Assembly: GCA_963817915.1 (NCBI GenBank)
Contig: CAWFQL010000012.1
Location: 1-64,000 of the forward strand
Source of the DNA: an uncultured candidate division Zixibacteria bacterium
GTDB taxonomy: Bacteria; Zixibacteria; MSB-5A5; UBA10806
DNA length: 64,000 nt
Direction of reading: 5' to 3'
Each line of letters begins with the position of its first letter. Within the stretch, counting starts at the first letter, position 1. A program made the position numbers and the translations under genes. Shown here in pieces: positions 20,186 to 31,100 of this stretch. Below the pieces are notes generated by a model. It was given only the letters and a program-made list of their open reading frames with translations, was not told the DNA's origin and did not search any database.

Positions 20186-22354
20186 ATGAAACAGGTACTG
20201 CAATATCCTAAACAACAAACTCCCCGGTTAGAGGAAGTACCGTCGCCTCAACTTAAAGGGCCGGGTTTGTTGGTTTCGAATCGATGTTCTTTGGTGGTTA
20301 ATGGTTTGGAGAGTCAGCAGGCCGAGAATTTGGACGCATCCGCCGCGGAAAAGGCCGAGGATAGAACAGATATCGTCAGGCAATTTATCGAAAAGATTAA
20401 ATCGGAATCGCCTGCCATTACCAACAATAAAACGACCAATAGAATTAAGACTCCGCTGTCATTAGGAATCAGCTCGGCCGGTGTTGTCAAGCAAGTCCAC
20501 GCGTCATTGAGTAAATGGACTCCGGGAGAAAGAGTGGCTTGCGCCGGATATGGTTATGCCAGTCACGCCGAAAAGATATTTGTCCCGACCAATCTCGCCG
20601 CGAAAATCCCCGATAATGTTTCATTTGAGGAGGCCAGCTTCGTTACATTCGGCGCGATTGCCATGCAGGGTGTGAGAATTGCGGATACCAGGCTGGGCGA
20701 AACTGTCGCCGTGATGGGGCTTGGACTATTGGGCCAGATTACTTGCATGCTCCTGGCCGCATCCGGCTGCCGGGTTCTGGGATTGGATACCGACAATTCG
20801 AAATTCAATCTTGCGACTAAATCAGGCGCCGAGGCGACATTCACTCTTGACGGATCTGAGGTTTCACGATTTATGGATTACACAGCCGCAAAAGGTGTTG
20901 ATGCCGTAATAATAACTTCGCCGTCCGATTCTTCGAATTACGTTGAAATTGCCGGCCAGATCTGTCGGGAAAAAGGCAGAGTCGTTGTTGTCGGAACGGG
21001 CAAAATGGAAATATCGCCTAAGGCGTTCTATGAAAAAGAACTTGAACTGAGAATCTCGAGATCGTACGGGCCCGGAAGATTTGATTATAATTACGAAGAG
21101 GCGGGCAGAGACTATCCCTATGGATATGTTAGATTTACGGAAAATCGCAATATGGAATCATTCCTCAGGCTGATTTCATTGGGCAGAATCAATATTAAAG
21201 AATTGATAACCCATCGATTCGATATTTCCGACGCGGATAAGGCTTACGAACTCGTATCTGAACCTACATCGGATAATTTCCTGGGCGTGATATTAAATTA
21301 TCCCGAAAAAGATGATCGCCCGATCGAGTATCCCGCCACGCCTAATATCCAGCCAACAAGACTTAAGCAGTCATCGAAACTCGGTGTAGGTTTGATCGGC
21401 GCGGGCGAATTCGCGACCACCATTTTATTGCCGCACCTGGCTCAGATTAAAAATTTTGAGCCGGTATCTATTTTATCCGGGAGCGGAATCTCGGCGGCGG
21501 CCGCGGCAGAAAAGTATAATTTCAGAAAAACAGCATCGGCATTAAATGAGATAATGGAAGATCCTGAAATTGGATCTGTCTTCATCGCCAATCGCCATGA
21601 CCAGCACGCTGAATTAGTGATGGAATCGATTCTCAATGGCAAGCCGACATTCGTGGAAAAACCACTTTGCGTAAATAGGGATCAATTGGAGCAAATCAAG
21701 CAGGTTTATCGATCGTCATGGATTCCGTTGATGGTTGGTTACAATCGCCGTTTCGCGCCATTTATCGGAAAAATAAAAGAGCATTTCAAGGCCGGCCAGT
21801 ATCCGCTTTCGATGCATTACAGGGTCAACGCTGGATTTGTGCCATCCGGCAATTGGAGACAGGATCAGGAATCCGGAGGCGGACGAGTCATTGGAGAAAT
21901 CTGCCAATTCGTGGATGTGCTCTCGTATATTGCCGGCGCCAGGCCATCGAAAATATACGCCGAAGCCATGTCAATGCCCGATGAAGGATACCGTCCGGAT
22001 GACAATTTGCAGATTATGATGCGATTTGCCAACGGTTCAGTAGGCACGATTAATTATGTCGCATCCGGAAGCAAGTATGCCTCCAAAGAATATCTGGAAG
22101 TCATGGGCAACGGCACAGTTATAAGGATGGATGATTTTAAGACAATGACCATTTGCGATGATAAGGGAATGCGATCCGAAAAAAGCAATGTCGAGGACAA
22201 GGGTCATCGACGAATGCTGGAACTTTGGTGCTATTATCTCGCGACAGGGCTTGGATCACCGATACCATTTGATCAGATAGTAGATACCACCCAGGCAACA
22301 TTCGAAATTCTTGATTCAATGGCAATTGGGGAACCCAAGTGGATTAATCTATAG
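20186..22354 (+). CDS. Bi-domain oxidoreductase (MDR/zinc-ADH-like plus Gfo/Idh/MocA)
   Basis: GAIAMQGVR, GLGLLGQ, YEKEL....RSYGPGR.D..YE..G.DYP.GYVR.TE.RN, GLIGAG.F, FVEKP, VGYNRRF. Confidence 0.88.
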   Translation: MKQVLQYPKQQTPRLEEVPSPQLKGPGLLVSNRCSLVVNGLESQQAENLDASAAEKAEDRTDIVRQFIEKIKSESPAITNNKTTNRIKTPLSLGISSAGVVKQVHASLSKWTPGERVACAGYGYASHAEKIFVPTNLAAKIPDNVSFEEASFVTFGAIAMQGVRIADTRLGETVAVMGLGLLGQITCMLLAASGCRVLGLDTDNSKFNLATKSGAEATFTLDGSEVSRFMDYTAAKGVDAVIITSPSDSSNYVEIAGQICREKGRVVVVGTGKMEISPKAFYEKELELRISRSYGPGRFDYNYEEAGRDYPYGYVRFTENRNMESFLRLISLGRINIKELITHRFDISDADKAYELVSEPTSDNFLGVILNYPEKDDRPIEYPATPNIQPTRLKQSSKLGVGLIGAGEFATTILLPHLAQIKNFEPVSILSGSGISAAAAAEKYNFRKTASALNEIMEDPEIGSVFIANRHDQHAELVMESILNGKPTFVEKPLCVNRDQLEQIKQVYRSSWIPLMVGYNRRFAPFIGKIKEHFKAGQYPLSMHYRVNAGFVPSGNWRQDQESGGGRVIGEICQFVDVLSYIAGARPSKIYAEAMSMPDEGYRPDDNLQIMMRFANGSVGTINYVASGSKYASKEYLEVMGNGTVIRMDDFKTMTICDDKGMRSEKSNVEDKGHRRMLELWCYYLATGLGSPIPFDQIVDTTQATFEILDSMAIGEPKWINL

Positions 22355-22378
22355 ACAACTTACCGCCTTTTATCAAAC

Positions 22379-22414
22379 TGGCCGTCAGAATATTCATCTG
22401 ACGGCCATTTTTTT
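22379..22414 (+). terminator. Rho-independent terminator
   Basis: TGGCCGTCAGA-7nt-TCTGACGGCCA followed by T7. Confidence 0.8.
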
Positions 22415-22561
22415 GCGCGCGCGGATCATTTCAATTTGCAACACTCGACGTTTCGTAACTAAACACTTCAAGTTTTCAGCCGAATTTCATAACAGTGTCC
22501 ATGGAAGGATAAAAGATCAATAGTCCGCCGTTAATTTAACATCGAAACGAAGGAAATAGCG

Positions 22562-23968
22562 TTGCTAAAGGAAAATCTTCGTTTGCTGAAACGCCTGCTT
22601 TTTGTAGCGGATTTAAGCCTGATAGCATTCGGATTTCAGCTATCGGTAATTTTAAATGATATTCGATTTGAAATAAGACCGGATATTTTCCGCGCCGACC
22701 ATCTTATAATTCCAACCTTGATTATTTGGGGTCTGGTATTCTGGTATAAACCAAATTGTTATTATTTCAGACTTAGAAAAACGGCTGAAATCATCGCCTC
22801 GGTATTGAAGGCGTCACTGATCTCGTCCGGAATCTATTTATCCTTTTTATTTGTCCTCGGATATTGGGATGAAAGTCGTCTGCAGGTGATTTTCTTCTTA
22901 AGCTTCGGAACATCATTCGCGATTTTGATTCGATTGGCCATAATTTTATTGCTCAAGCATTATCGGAGCCGCGGATTTAATTACAGGACAATTCTTATCA
23001 TAGGCACTGGCAAAGTGGCGAAAGATTTCGTTGATAAGATTTTCAATAACATGGAGCATGGGCTAAAAATAATCGGCTTTCTTGATTGGGAAAAACGAGC
23101 CGACCTCTGGAGCTATAATGATATTCCATGCCTTGGCCATCTGGATAAATTGTCTGAAATATTGAAGTCTCAGCAGGTCGATATAGTGACATTCGCGGTA
23201 AATAAGAGATATCTCGGGACAATAGAAAAAAGCATGCGAATATGTGAGGAAATGGGAATTCAGGTCGCCGTGCTGGCTGATTTTTTCCCAATGCGGCTGG
23301 CGAAAAAGAGAATAGATACGTTTTTCGGCTCCCCCGTGGTTTATTACAACACAGTTCCGGATTACAATTTTACAATGGTGATTAAGCAAATTGTTGACAG
23401 GGGATTGGCATTTCTCGGACTTATCTTTGCCTCACCTATATTGTTCATTGTTGGTCTCATGGTAAAATTGTCATCGAAAGGGCCAATAATATTCAAACAA
23501 CAAAGATGTGGCCTCAATGGAAAAAAGTTCATGCTTTATAAATTCCGGTCAATGGTTTGTGATGCTGAAGCGAAAAAGAAAGAGCTGATGAAATTTAACG
23601 AAGTTAATGGCGCCGCCTTCAAGATGAAAGATGATCCGAGAATTACACAGCTTGGTAAATTCATGAGGAAGACGTCAATAGATGAACTGCCGCAGCTCTT
23701 TAATGTTCTGAAAGGCGATATGTCTCTGGTGGGGCCAAGGCCGCCTCTTGCCGATGAAGTGGCAAACTACGATTTGTGGCAGCGGCGTAAACTTTCCATG
23801 AAACCGGGACTTACCTGTCTCTGGCAGGTAAGCGGCCGATCGGATATATCATTTGAACAATGGATGAAGCTCGATTTGAAATATATCGATAATTGGTCAT
23901 TATGGCAGGATGCTAAAATCATGGCACGAACCATCCCCGCCTTAATCAAGGGCACGGGCGCTCGTTAA
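22562..23968 (+). CDS. Polyprenyl-phosphate glycosyl-1-phosphate transferase (WcaJ/WbaP/CpsE family)
   Basis: Four N-terminal TMs, IIGTG Rossmann-like region, KFRSM, DDPRIT, SIDELPQLFNVLKGDMSLVGPRP, KPGLT.LWQVSGR. Confidence 0.93.
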   Translation: MLKENLRLLKRLLFVADLSLIAFGFQLSVILNDIRFEIRPDIFRADHLIIPTLIIWGLVFWYKPNCYYFRLRKTAEIIASVLKASLISSGIYLSFLFVLGYWDESRLQVIFFLSFGTSFAILIRLAIILLLKHYRSRGFNYRTILIIGTGKVAKDFVDKIFNNMEHGLKIIGFLDWEKRADLWSYNDIPCLGHLDKLSEILKSQQVDIVTFAVNKRYLGTIEKSMRICEEMGIQVAVLADFFPMRLAKKRIDTFFGSPVVYYNTVPDYNFTMVIKQIVDRGLAFLGLIFASPILFIVGLMVKLSSKGPIIFKQQRCGLNGKKFMLYKFRSMVCDAEAKKKELMKFNEVNGAAFKMKDDPRITQLGKFMRKTSIDELPQLFNVLKGDMSLVGPRPPLADEVANYDLWQRRKLSMKPGLTCLWQVSGRSDISFEQWMKLDLKYIDNWSLWQDAKIMARTIPALIKGTGAR

Positions 23969-23982
23969 ATAAAGGAATCAAG

Positions 23983-25095
23983 ATGGCTAAGATTTTATTG
24001 GTTGATGACGATCCACAGATTCGCAGTCTCATGAAAAAAACGCTCGAGAATATCGGGCATAAAATAACAACAGCATCCGATGGCCTTGAAGCGCTCGGAC
24101 TGATATATGCGAGTAAATATGATCTTGTTTTAATGGATATAGTTTTGCCGAGAATCGATGGGCTGGGGCTTTTGGATGTAATCAAAAAGCGAGAGCCCAG
24201 TACAATGGTCGTAATGATTTCCGGCCAGGCCAATGTCGAATCCGCGACTAAGGCTCTCAAATTGGGCGCGTATGATTTTCTTATGAAACCATTTGAATTG
24301 AAGGATCTGAAGAATATCGTCGCTGGCGCGCTTAATGAAGCCAATTCAATGAAAAAAGCAGGATATATCTACAAAAACAAATCGGAGAAAAACAGTTCTG
24401 CTTTGAAGACTGGAATTTTATCCGGGATATTGGATTCTATCTTATTATCGCTGACTTATCTGGTTTTAATGATGCTATTTCATCCGACTGCGTCATCATC
24501 TACGGTTGCTAATCCAGTTGATACCTTTCAGATGCCCCGTCTGAGCGCGGGTATAGGGTTTTGCTATTTATTGACATATGTTTTTAGAAGACGCTACAAC
24601 ATTTCCGGGTTAGTGTCATTTAAGGAAATATCCGAATTTATATTTAAAAACATTTCCTATACATTCCTGACTTTTATGGCGTTGATGTTTTTGGTTAGAG
24701 AGCCCCTGATGCCATTTAGCAAAATGCTCGTAATACTTAGCTATTTTTCGGGTTTAATAATTCTTGTCGCCGAAAGATCGGTTTTAATCCCTCTAATTTT
24801 CGGCAAATTTGGTAGGGAAGGGACAAAGAATCTAAGGATTATTTCTTCGAGCATGCCTCCCAAAACTGCCAATATGACCATCAACCGTGTGAAGAGCCCG
24901 ATCAATCTGCCTGTCAAGGTGAACTCATCGAATGCTGGTACGGATGATATCGACATCAATGCAAGCTCGGCTGAAATTATCCTCGATGGCCGATCGATTT
25001 CTCCAAATGAAATACTGCAACTTGCCGATAATTTTAAAGGAAAGAAGCTTGACGTCGTAATTGTTGGCGAGCCGGATAAGGCTTTCGGCAGATAG
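23983..25095 (+). CDS. Response-regulator receiver fused to a 4-TM domain resembling the non-catalytic N-terminus of WcaJ-type transferases
   Basis: ILLVDDD..LMDIVLP..GAYDFLMKPF receiver; followed by four hydrophobic segments; no DNA-binding or catalytic domain recognised. Confidence 0.7.
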   Translation: MAKILLVDDDPQIRSLMKKTLENIGHKITTASDGLEALGLIYASKYDLVLMDIVLPRIDGLGLLDVIKKREPSTMVVMISGQANVESATKALKLGAYDFLMKPFELKDLKNIVAGALNEANSMKKAGYIYKNKSEKNSSALKTGILSGILDSILLSLTYLVLMMLFHPTASSSTVANPVDTFQMPRLSAGIGFCYLLTYVFRRRYNISGLVSFKEISEFIFKNISYTFLTFMALMFLVREPLMPFSKMLVILSYFSGLIILVAERSVLIPLIFGKFGREGTKNLRIISSSMPPKTANMTINRVKSPINLPVKVNSSNAGTDDIDINASSAEIILDGRSISPNEILQLADNFKGKKLDVVIVGEPDKAFGR

Positions 25096-25124
25096 GAATC
25101 ATAAACGATTCCCGAGTAATTTGG

Positions 25125-26625
25125 ATGTGTCGATTATTTCATATTTTTTTTGTGCTTATTTTTGTCCCGTCTATAATGGCATCCGAAATTCCATTGGGCA
25201 GCCCGAATGGTGATCTAATATACCCTATAGCCAGGGAATTATATGGCAGGAAGCTAATAGACAATATCGAATATTCCCTTCCGGGTGACAGCATTAGAAC
25301 ATACGGTTCTCCATTCTGGGGAAATGTTTATCAACAATATAAGCATTTATATTCCGCGTACATACAATCCGGCAAAATTCCTGAATTCAAGGGAAACCTC
25401 GCGTGTAGTAAATACAAATTATCAGAAAATAAAAAACAGTAACTACTTGAAGGTATTTCCCGGACTGCGGCTGGATTTCTCATCGCGTTTTTCGTCTACA
25501 GTCGTCTATAGAATTGATCGAGAATTGGCGACAAATCCGAGATATGACGGTGAAAAATGGTCGGGTTTTGCCGGTTTCGCGGAAAATTCTACTATCGAAT
25601 ATAAGACTCATGATTTTGGAATAAGTGCCGGAATCGAACGTCTATCCTGGGGTTTCGGCCGCACCGGCAATCTAATGTTCAGCCGCGAGGCGATGCCGTT
25701 TACCGCGATAACATTGTATTATCGCCGAAAGCTTTTCGAATTCCGCTCGATATCTGGATTTTTGAATCCGATCAAAGAGGAATTAGATCGTACAGGGCAT
25801 GATTCGTCTTATTTTACAGGGCAGCAGCGATATATTTCAGCCCATTCCCTGACTATTTACCCACTTAATGGCCTCTCGATTTCCTTGAGAGAGGGGGTAA
25901 TCTATGGCGGCCCCGGGCGGCGATTTGAGCTTGCATATAGCATTCCGATTCTTTGGTATCATGGCCAGCAGCTTAATTCGAGAATGGATGATAATACCTT
26001 TATGAGCCTTGGTGCCGATTATAGATTCAGGGGGAGATACTGGGTTTATGGCGAATTATTTATCGATGATTATCAAATCGAGAAAAAAAGCAGAAGTGAT
26101 AATGAGCCTAATGAAATCGCATTTATTATTGGCAACGAAATATACGATCCGATAATTCAAAATACGTCCATATCATTGGAGTATGCCAGGGTAAACAATT
26201 GGACCTACAATCAGGCTCATCCGCATAATCGTTATATAAACTACAATTTCCCAATAGGTTATCCTACCGGGCCTGATGCCGACTGGCTTGACTATCGGGC
26301 CACATGGTGGGTTTCACCCAAAATACAGATTTCGTATGTGGGAAATCTCAAAAGACAAGGTGAAGGCCGGATTGATACGCCATGGACCTGGCCCTGGATG
26401 AATGTTGACAATTATTCGGAGAAATTTCCGTCAGGTGTAGTCGAGAAAACTATGCGAAATGGCATAGAGGTTTTGGCCCTTAATAAAAATGGCTTTTGGG
26501 GTAAATTTGGATGTGTTTTCACCGATATTGATAATGTCGGGAATTCTCCCGGAAGGAATCATAGTAACTGGGAGCTAACCCTAAACATAGGATATAATTC
26601 ACCACCTTTTAGCTGGGGGTTTTAA
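25125..26625 (+). CDS. Capsule assembly Wzi-family outer-membrane protein (frameshift near 25400-25440)
   Basis: Signal peptide in the 25125 frame; G.E...WG.G..G.L..S, RYISAH, E..IYGG, YGELFIDD, EY.RV..WTY, IGYP.GPD in the 25285 frame; ends in Phe. Confidence 0.72.
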
Positions 26626-26626
26626 A

Positions 26627-28081
26627 ATGAAGAGGACTTTTATCATTGCGATGCTATTGTTGTCGCTCAGTTCCGGCATACTTGCCGCTGAATTTGGCGC
26701 GGGAGCCAAGGGAAATGGAATGGGATTTTCATATTTTATTTTGGCGGATGACGCCACGGGCGCTCTGTACAACCCATCATCAATAGGTTATATCAAGGGT
26801 TGGCAGACTCAGCTGGTTTATGATAAGCAGGACAATTACGCTTATAAACCCGCCAACGAAAATCCCTATTTAGGTCTATTGGGTGCGGTCTATAATAGGC
26901 CGAATCTCGGCACATTTGCGTTTAATGGAATTCAGAGCGGGTCGCTGACTTCCAATACAGGTATTTCGACCGTCAATCGCGGCGTGCTTTCATTTGGCCG
27001 CGAATTGAGCAACGGAATATCAGTTGGAATATCCGCCAAATATTATATGGAAACCATGTTCGCCGAGCGGAAGGCATTCGATGGCGATCTTGGTGTATCA
27101 TGGCGTTCTCCGTTGGGCTTTGCTGCTTCGGCGACGGCGGAGAATTTATTGCATGCCAAGCTAACTCCGGCCTATCTGGGTATCGAAGAAAAGCTTCCTC
27201 GCCGTGAAAGAATCGGCGCAGCTTACATGCTTGCGAAGCCGACATGGCAGGGTGCGTTAGCAGTCGCAACTCAATTGGAACAATCCGGAATCGCTCAGGA
27301 GCAAACCACAACGCTCATGAATATTGGCACCGAATGGTGGTTCCTTACACAAAATTCATTCTCGATAGGCGCCCGCGGCGGCTATACGGTCGGGAAAGCA
27401 TTACTAAATGATGCCAAAGAGGATTATACGGGGATCAATCTCGGTATATCATTCAACTTCCGAGTTGGAATAAAAGATCTTAGAGTTGATTACGCCTATC
27501 ACGCGTATCCATTCAATACATCCGATGGCTCTACTCCGATGAATCATACGATCGGAATGTCATTCGGATGGGGCGGTGTGCCGGAATATCCGCACAAGGA
27601 TACCGACGAGCAGTTTGCGGAACCGCGTAAAGTAGAAGTTCAATTGAAACAGCCCGGACAGCCTGAAATCTACACACCGCCGCCCGGCTCAGATATCAGA
27701 CCTCCCGAGATAAAGAAGAATGCTGAGCCCAGCGGCCCGGCATTCAGGAAATTCGATGTCATGTTGGATGTTTCCGATTTATCAGGGATCGATTTGAGAA
27801 GAATCGTATTTTATATTCGTCCTCAGCAGATCATTAAAACCAATAGCTGGAAACTTTATATCTTTAAAGAAAAGATAAAACAGTGGAGCGAAACCGAAGC
27901 CAATACCTGGGCATTGAAGGTAATTGAAGGAAAAGGTGTTCCGCCAATTAATGTTATTTGGGATGGGAAATTGCAGGATGACAGACTTCTGCCAAAAGGC
28001 AAATACTATTATATTCTGACAGCAGTCGATGAAAAGGGTATAAATTACGCCACCGAATGGCAGAAATTCAGCTTAGAATAG
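26627..28081 (+). CDS. PorV/PorQ-like beta-barrel protein with Pro-rich linker and C-terminal FlgD/Ig-like domain
   Basis: GAKGNGMG.....ADDATG..YNPS (PorV/FadL-like N-terminus); RVDYAY; then WDGK..D...PKGKYYY.LTAVD. Confidence 0.65.
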   Translation: MKRTFIIAMLLLSLSSGILAAEFGAGAKGNGMGFSYFILADDATGALYNPSSIGYIKGWQTQLVYDKQDNYAYKPANENPYLGLLGAVYNRPNLGTFAFNGIQSGSLTSNTGISTVNRGVLSFGRELSNGISVGISAKYYMETMFAERKAFDGDLGVSWRSPLGFAASATAENLLHAKLTPAYLGIEEKLPRRERIGAAYMLAKPTWQGALAVATQLEQSGIAQEQTTTLMNIGTEWWFLTQNSFSIGARGGYTVGKALLNDAKEDYTGINLGISFNFRVGIKDLRVDYAYHAYPFNTSDGSTPMNHTIGMSFGWGGVPEYPHKDTDEQFAEPRKVEVQLKQPGQPEIYTPPPGSDIRPPEIKKNAEPSGPAFRKFDVMLDVSDLSGIDLRRIVFYIRPQQIIKTNSWKLYIFKEKIKQWSETEANTWALKVIEGKGVPPINVIWDGKLQDDRLLPKGKYYYILTAVDEKGINYATEWQKFSLE

Positions 28082-28099
28082 ATATTTGCGGAGGGGTAG

Positions 28100-28131
28100 C
28101 GCCGGCCAGTTAATGGCCGGCGTTTTTTTTT
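28100..28131 (+). terminator. Rho-independent terminator ending the polysaccharide locus
   Basis: CGCCGGCCA-GTTAA-TGGCCGGCG followed by T9. Confidence 0.85.
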
Positions 28132-28133
28132 GC

Positions 28134-28160
28134 AAAAAAAGGGCGCCGGATGGACGCCCT
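28134..28160 (-). terminator. Probable terminator for the S8 protease gene
   Basis: AGGGCG...CGCCCT stem preceded by an A-run on the plus strand (U-tail on minus). Confidence 0.55.
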
Positions 28161-28185
28161 TAAATATTTCATTTCAGCTTCTAAC

Positions 28186-31100
28186 CTATTTTAGCAATAC
28201 CATTTTGCGGCTGCTTTGATAATCATCGGCCTTAATTTTATAAAAGTATATGCCCGATGAAACCGAATTGCCCATATTGTCTTTACCATCCCAGATTACC
28301 GAATGATATCCCGCTTCCATTCTATCGGATGCCAGCTTCTTAATCTGACGGCCGAGAACATCATATACGTCGATATCGACAACACTGCCTCGCGGCAACG
28401 CGAATTTAATCTCTGTCGCGGGATTGAATGGATTGGGGTAATTTTGCATAAGGGCATAATTAGTTGGCAGAGAGCCAAGATTGTCGTTTATGCTAGTGAC
28501 ACCAACGATAAGTGAGCAGGGAACCGCGATCACAGGCGAATCGGGATCGTTACTTTCGATTCTCAATAATCCCGAATAAATTCCATCCTGTAGCATCGAC
28601 GCATCGAAAGCGACGGTAACATTTGCCGACTCAGACGCGGGGATTTCGCCTGTAGTTGGATTCGCGCTCAGCCATTGCGAAGGCGCGCCAAATTTTACCG
28701 CTAAATCGTTGTTAAGATAGGCAGCGTTGTAGACGACTTGAAGTCCAATGGTGCCATCGCCATTTTCAATTCCGACAGTGCTCGATGTGACATCGCCGTC
28801 CATGTTGTAATATTGAAATAGGATCTTACCGTCTACAGTCAGTATAACTTCGAATGTGAATGAACCGGTGTTATAGTATTTTGGAACTCCTACATACGAT
28901 ACTACGGCGGTATCGGTGTTGTTGGTATAGAAATAGATGTTGCCGGCCGCCGAAGGATTTAAATCATCCCAGAACGGCGCAAGCAGATTATTGGGTTCAG
29001 CGACCGCGGGAATTGCGACATTATTATAGGGATAAGGCGCCGTGCTGGTGAATGATAACCAGCCGTTGGAGCAGATTCGAATGGAATTGAAAGTATTACC
29101 ATAGAATGAAAAATTAAATCCGAGATCAAACGGTCCTTGATTTTGATCGTCTGAGAATGATAGTTCCTGTCCAATACCAGCCAAATCAATCCAATTGAAT
29201 TCCGGTCCCTCCGGTTCATTCGTATCAATCCATCTATATCCAAAGGCATCGGGGCCGCCAAAATCAAGCGTCATGGGCGGATTAAAGCTATCGGATGGCT
29301 GGGGGGGCTTGGGCCCATTGTAAGTAAGATTAAATTTGCCTGCGGTTCGGTTATTGGAAATATATTTTTCCCAATTCGGCACGACGTCCGAGGTTGAATT
29401 TTGGATAGTTGATATCCTGCCAGTGCCAAGCGGGCCATCCATGACCGTGGAAATTGAATAATTCAATGTCCCATTTCCGGCGTTATGTAATACCAAATTG
29501 CGAGTCGTACTTGAACCGGAATTTAATCTTACATTGAATGACTGGGGATCGATATTTATTTGGGGAGTACCGACATCATATGTATGCCCCCCCTGGAGCA
29601 GCACGGCATCGAGATACCATCCCGCCCGCACAACCGATACGTCCGAGCCAAATCTAAACATGAATTTTACTGACATTCCGATATAATCGGTCAAACTGAA
29701 TTGCGCCATTGTCCATCCCGCCGATGTCGATGAATATCCGGGCTGGTTATCAAGACCTGCGATACGATTATCCGGATACCCGCCTTCGGGTGTAATCAAA
29801 TTCCAAGTCCTGCCGCTATCGATTGATATGGATACGTTGCCGCCATCGAATATCGGCTCGAAGTCATACCAGTGATAGAAAGTGAAAATCGCAGGGAGAG
29901 AATCAACCTCATAAAATCCAGTAATCAAAGAATCATCGGCGCTGCTTGGATAGTTCCCTCTTAACGATGTTGCCCATACATTGATTCCATCGAAAGCGGA
30001 ATTAGGTCCCGATGTCGGCTGGCCCCATTGCCAGCAGCCGTCGCCGACCCAGCCACCATTGTTTCGTTCAAATGATTCATAACGAACGAGGGTAAAATTC
30101 AGTTCAACCTGGCCGCCGACCGGTATGAATATGTTTCCCAAGCCTCTTCCGAATCCTGCCGCCAATACTTCGACTTCGTAGCTGGCATTGCCCGGCAACA
30201 TTGAAAATTCATAGTAGCCCGCGCTATCGGTCAATACTGAATCAACTGGCGTATTTAATAGCTTCACCGATGCGCCCGCAATCGGTGTGGAGTCTGTTGC
30301 CATGACTGTCCCGCGCAAGACTCCGGAAGGGGTGGCTTGAAGCGTGATATCGACATGCGTAGTTTCGTTGGCAACAATCGCGACTACCGTATCTACAGGG
30401 AAATATCCGAAGGAAGATATATTCAGCCTATAAGTCGTGTCCGCTGGAAGTCCGATTAGGTAATATCCATATTGATCGGAATTATCATGCGCGGAGTATC
30501 CGGTGACATTAACGAGAGCATTCATGATGGGAATACGATTGGAATCCGTTATATAGCCGTCAACGAGTCCGAAGTCGTTTTGAGCCATCACGCACGCGGC
30601 ATAAAGATCGATTATTCCCCATCCGTAAATATTATCCTCGCCATTGGGATTATTCAACGGCAGGTCACGAGCTGTTCTCAGGAGGATTTCTTTGATAGCA
30701 TCAACAGTTAGATTGGGATTTACTTGTCTGATTACCGCTATGGAGCCGGTAACATGAGGTGATGCCATCGACGTGCCATCCATATTGTAATATCCGCCCC
30801 CGATATAACTTGAACGGATATTAACTCCGGGCGCGACAACTTCAGGCTTTATGACTGTTTCCCCGTTGGGGCCGCAGTTGCTCGGGCCTCTGGATGACCA
30901 GGGAGCGATGGTTAGATAGTTGCTGTTTCCATCAATACCGCCGACCGAAAAACAGTTATATGGCGTTGTTCCTCTGTCAGCTGGGCGTCGAAGCGATGAA
31001 GGCTCCGGGCCTTCGTTACCTGCTGAGAAAACAACTGCCGAACCTGCGGCCTCGCAGTTATCTATCACCTGCCAAAATGTTTGATCGCAGGGAGGATAAC

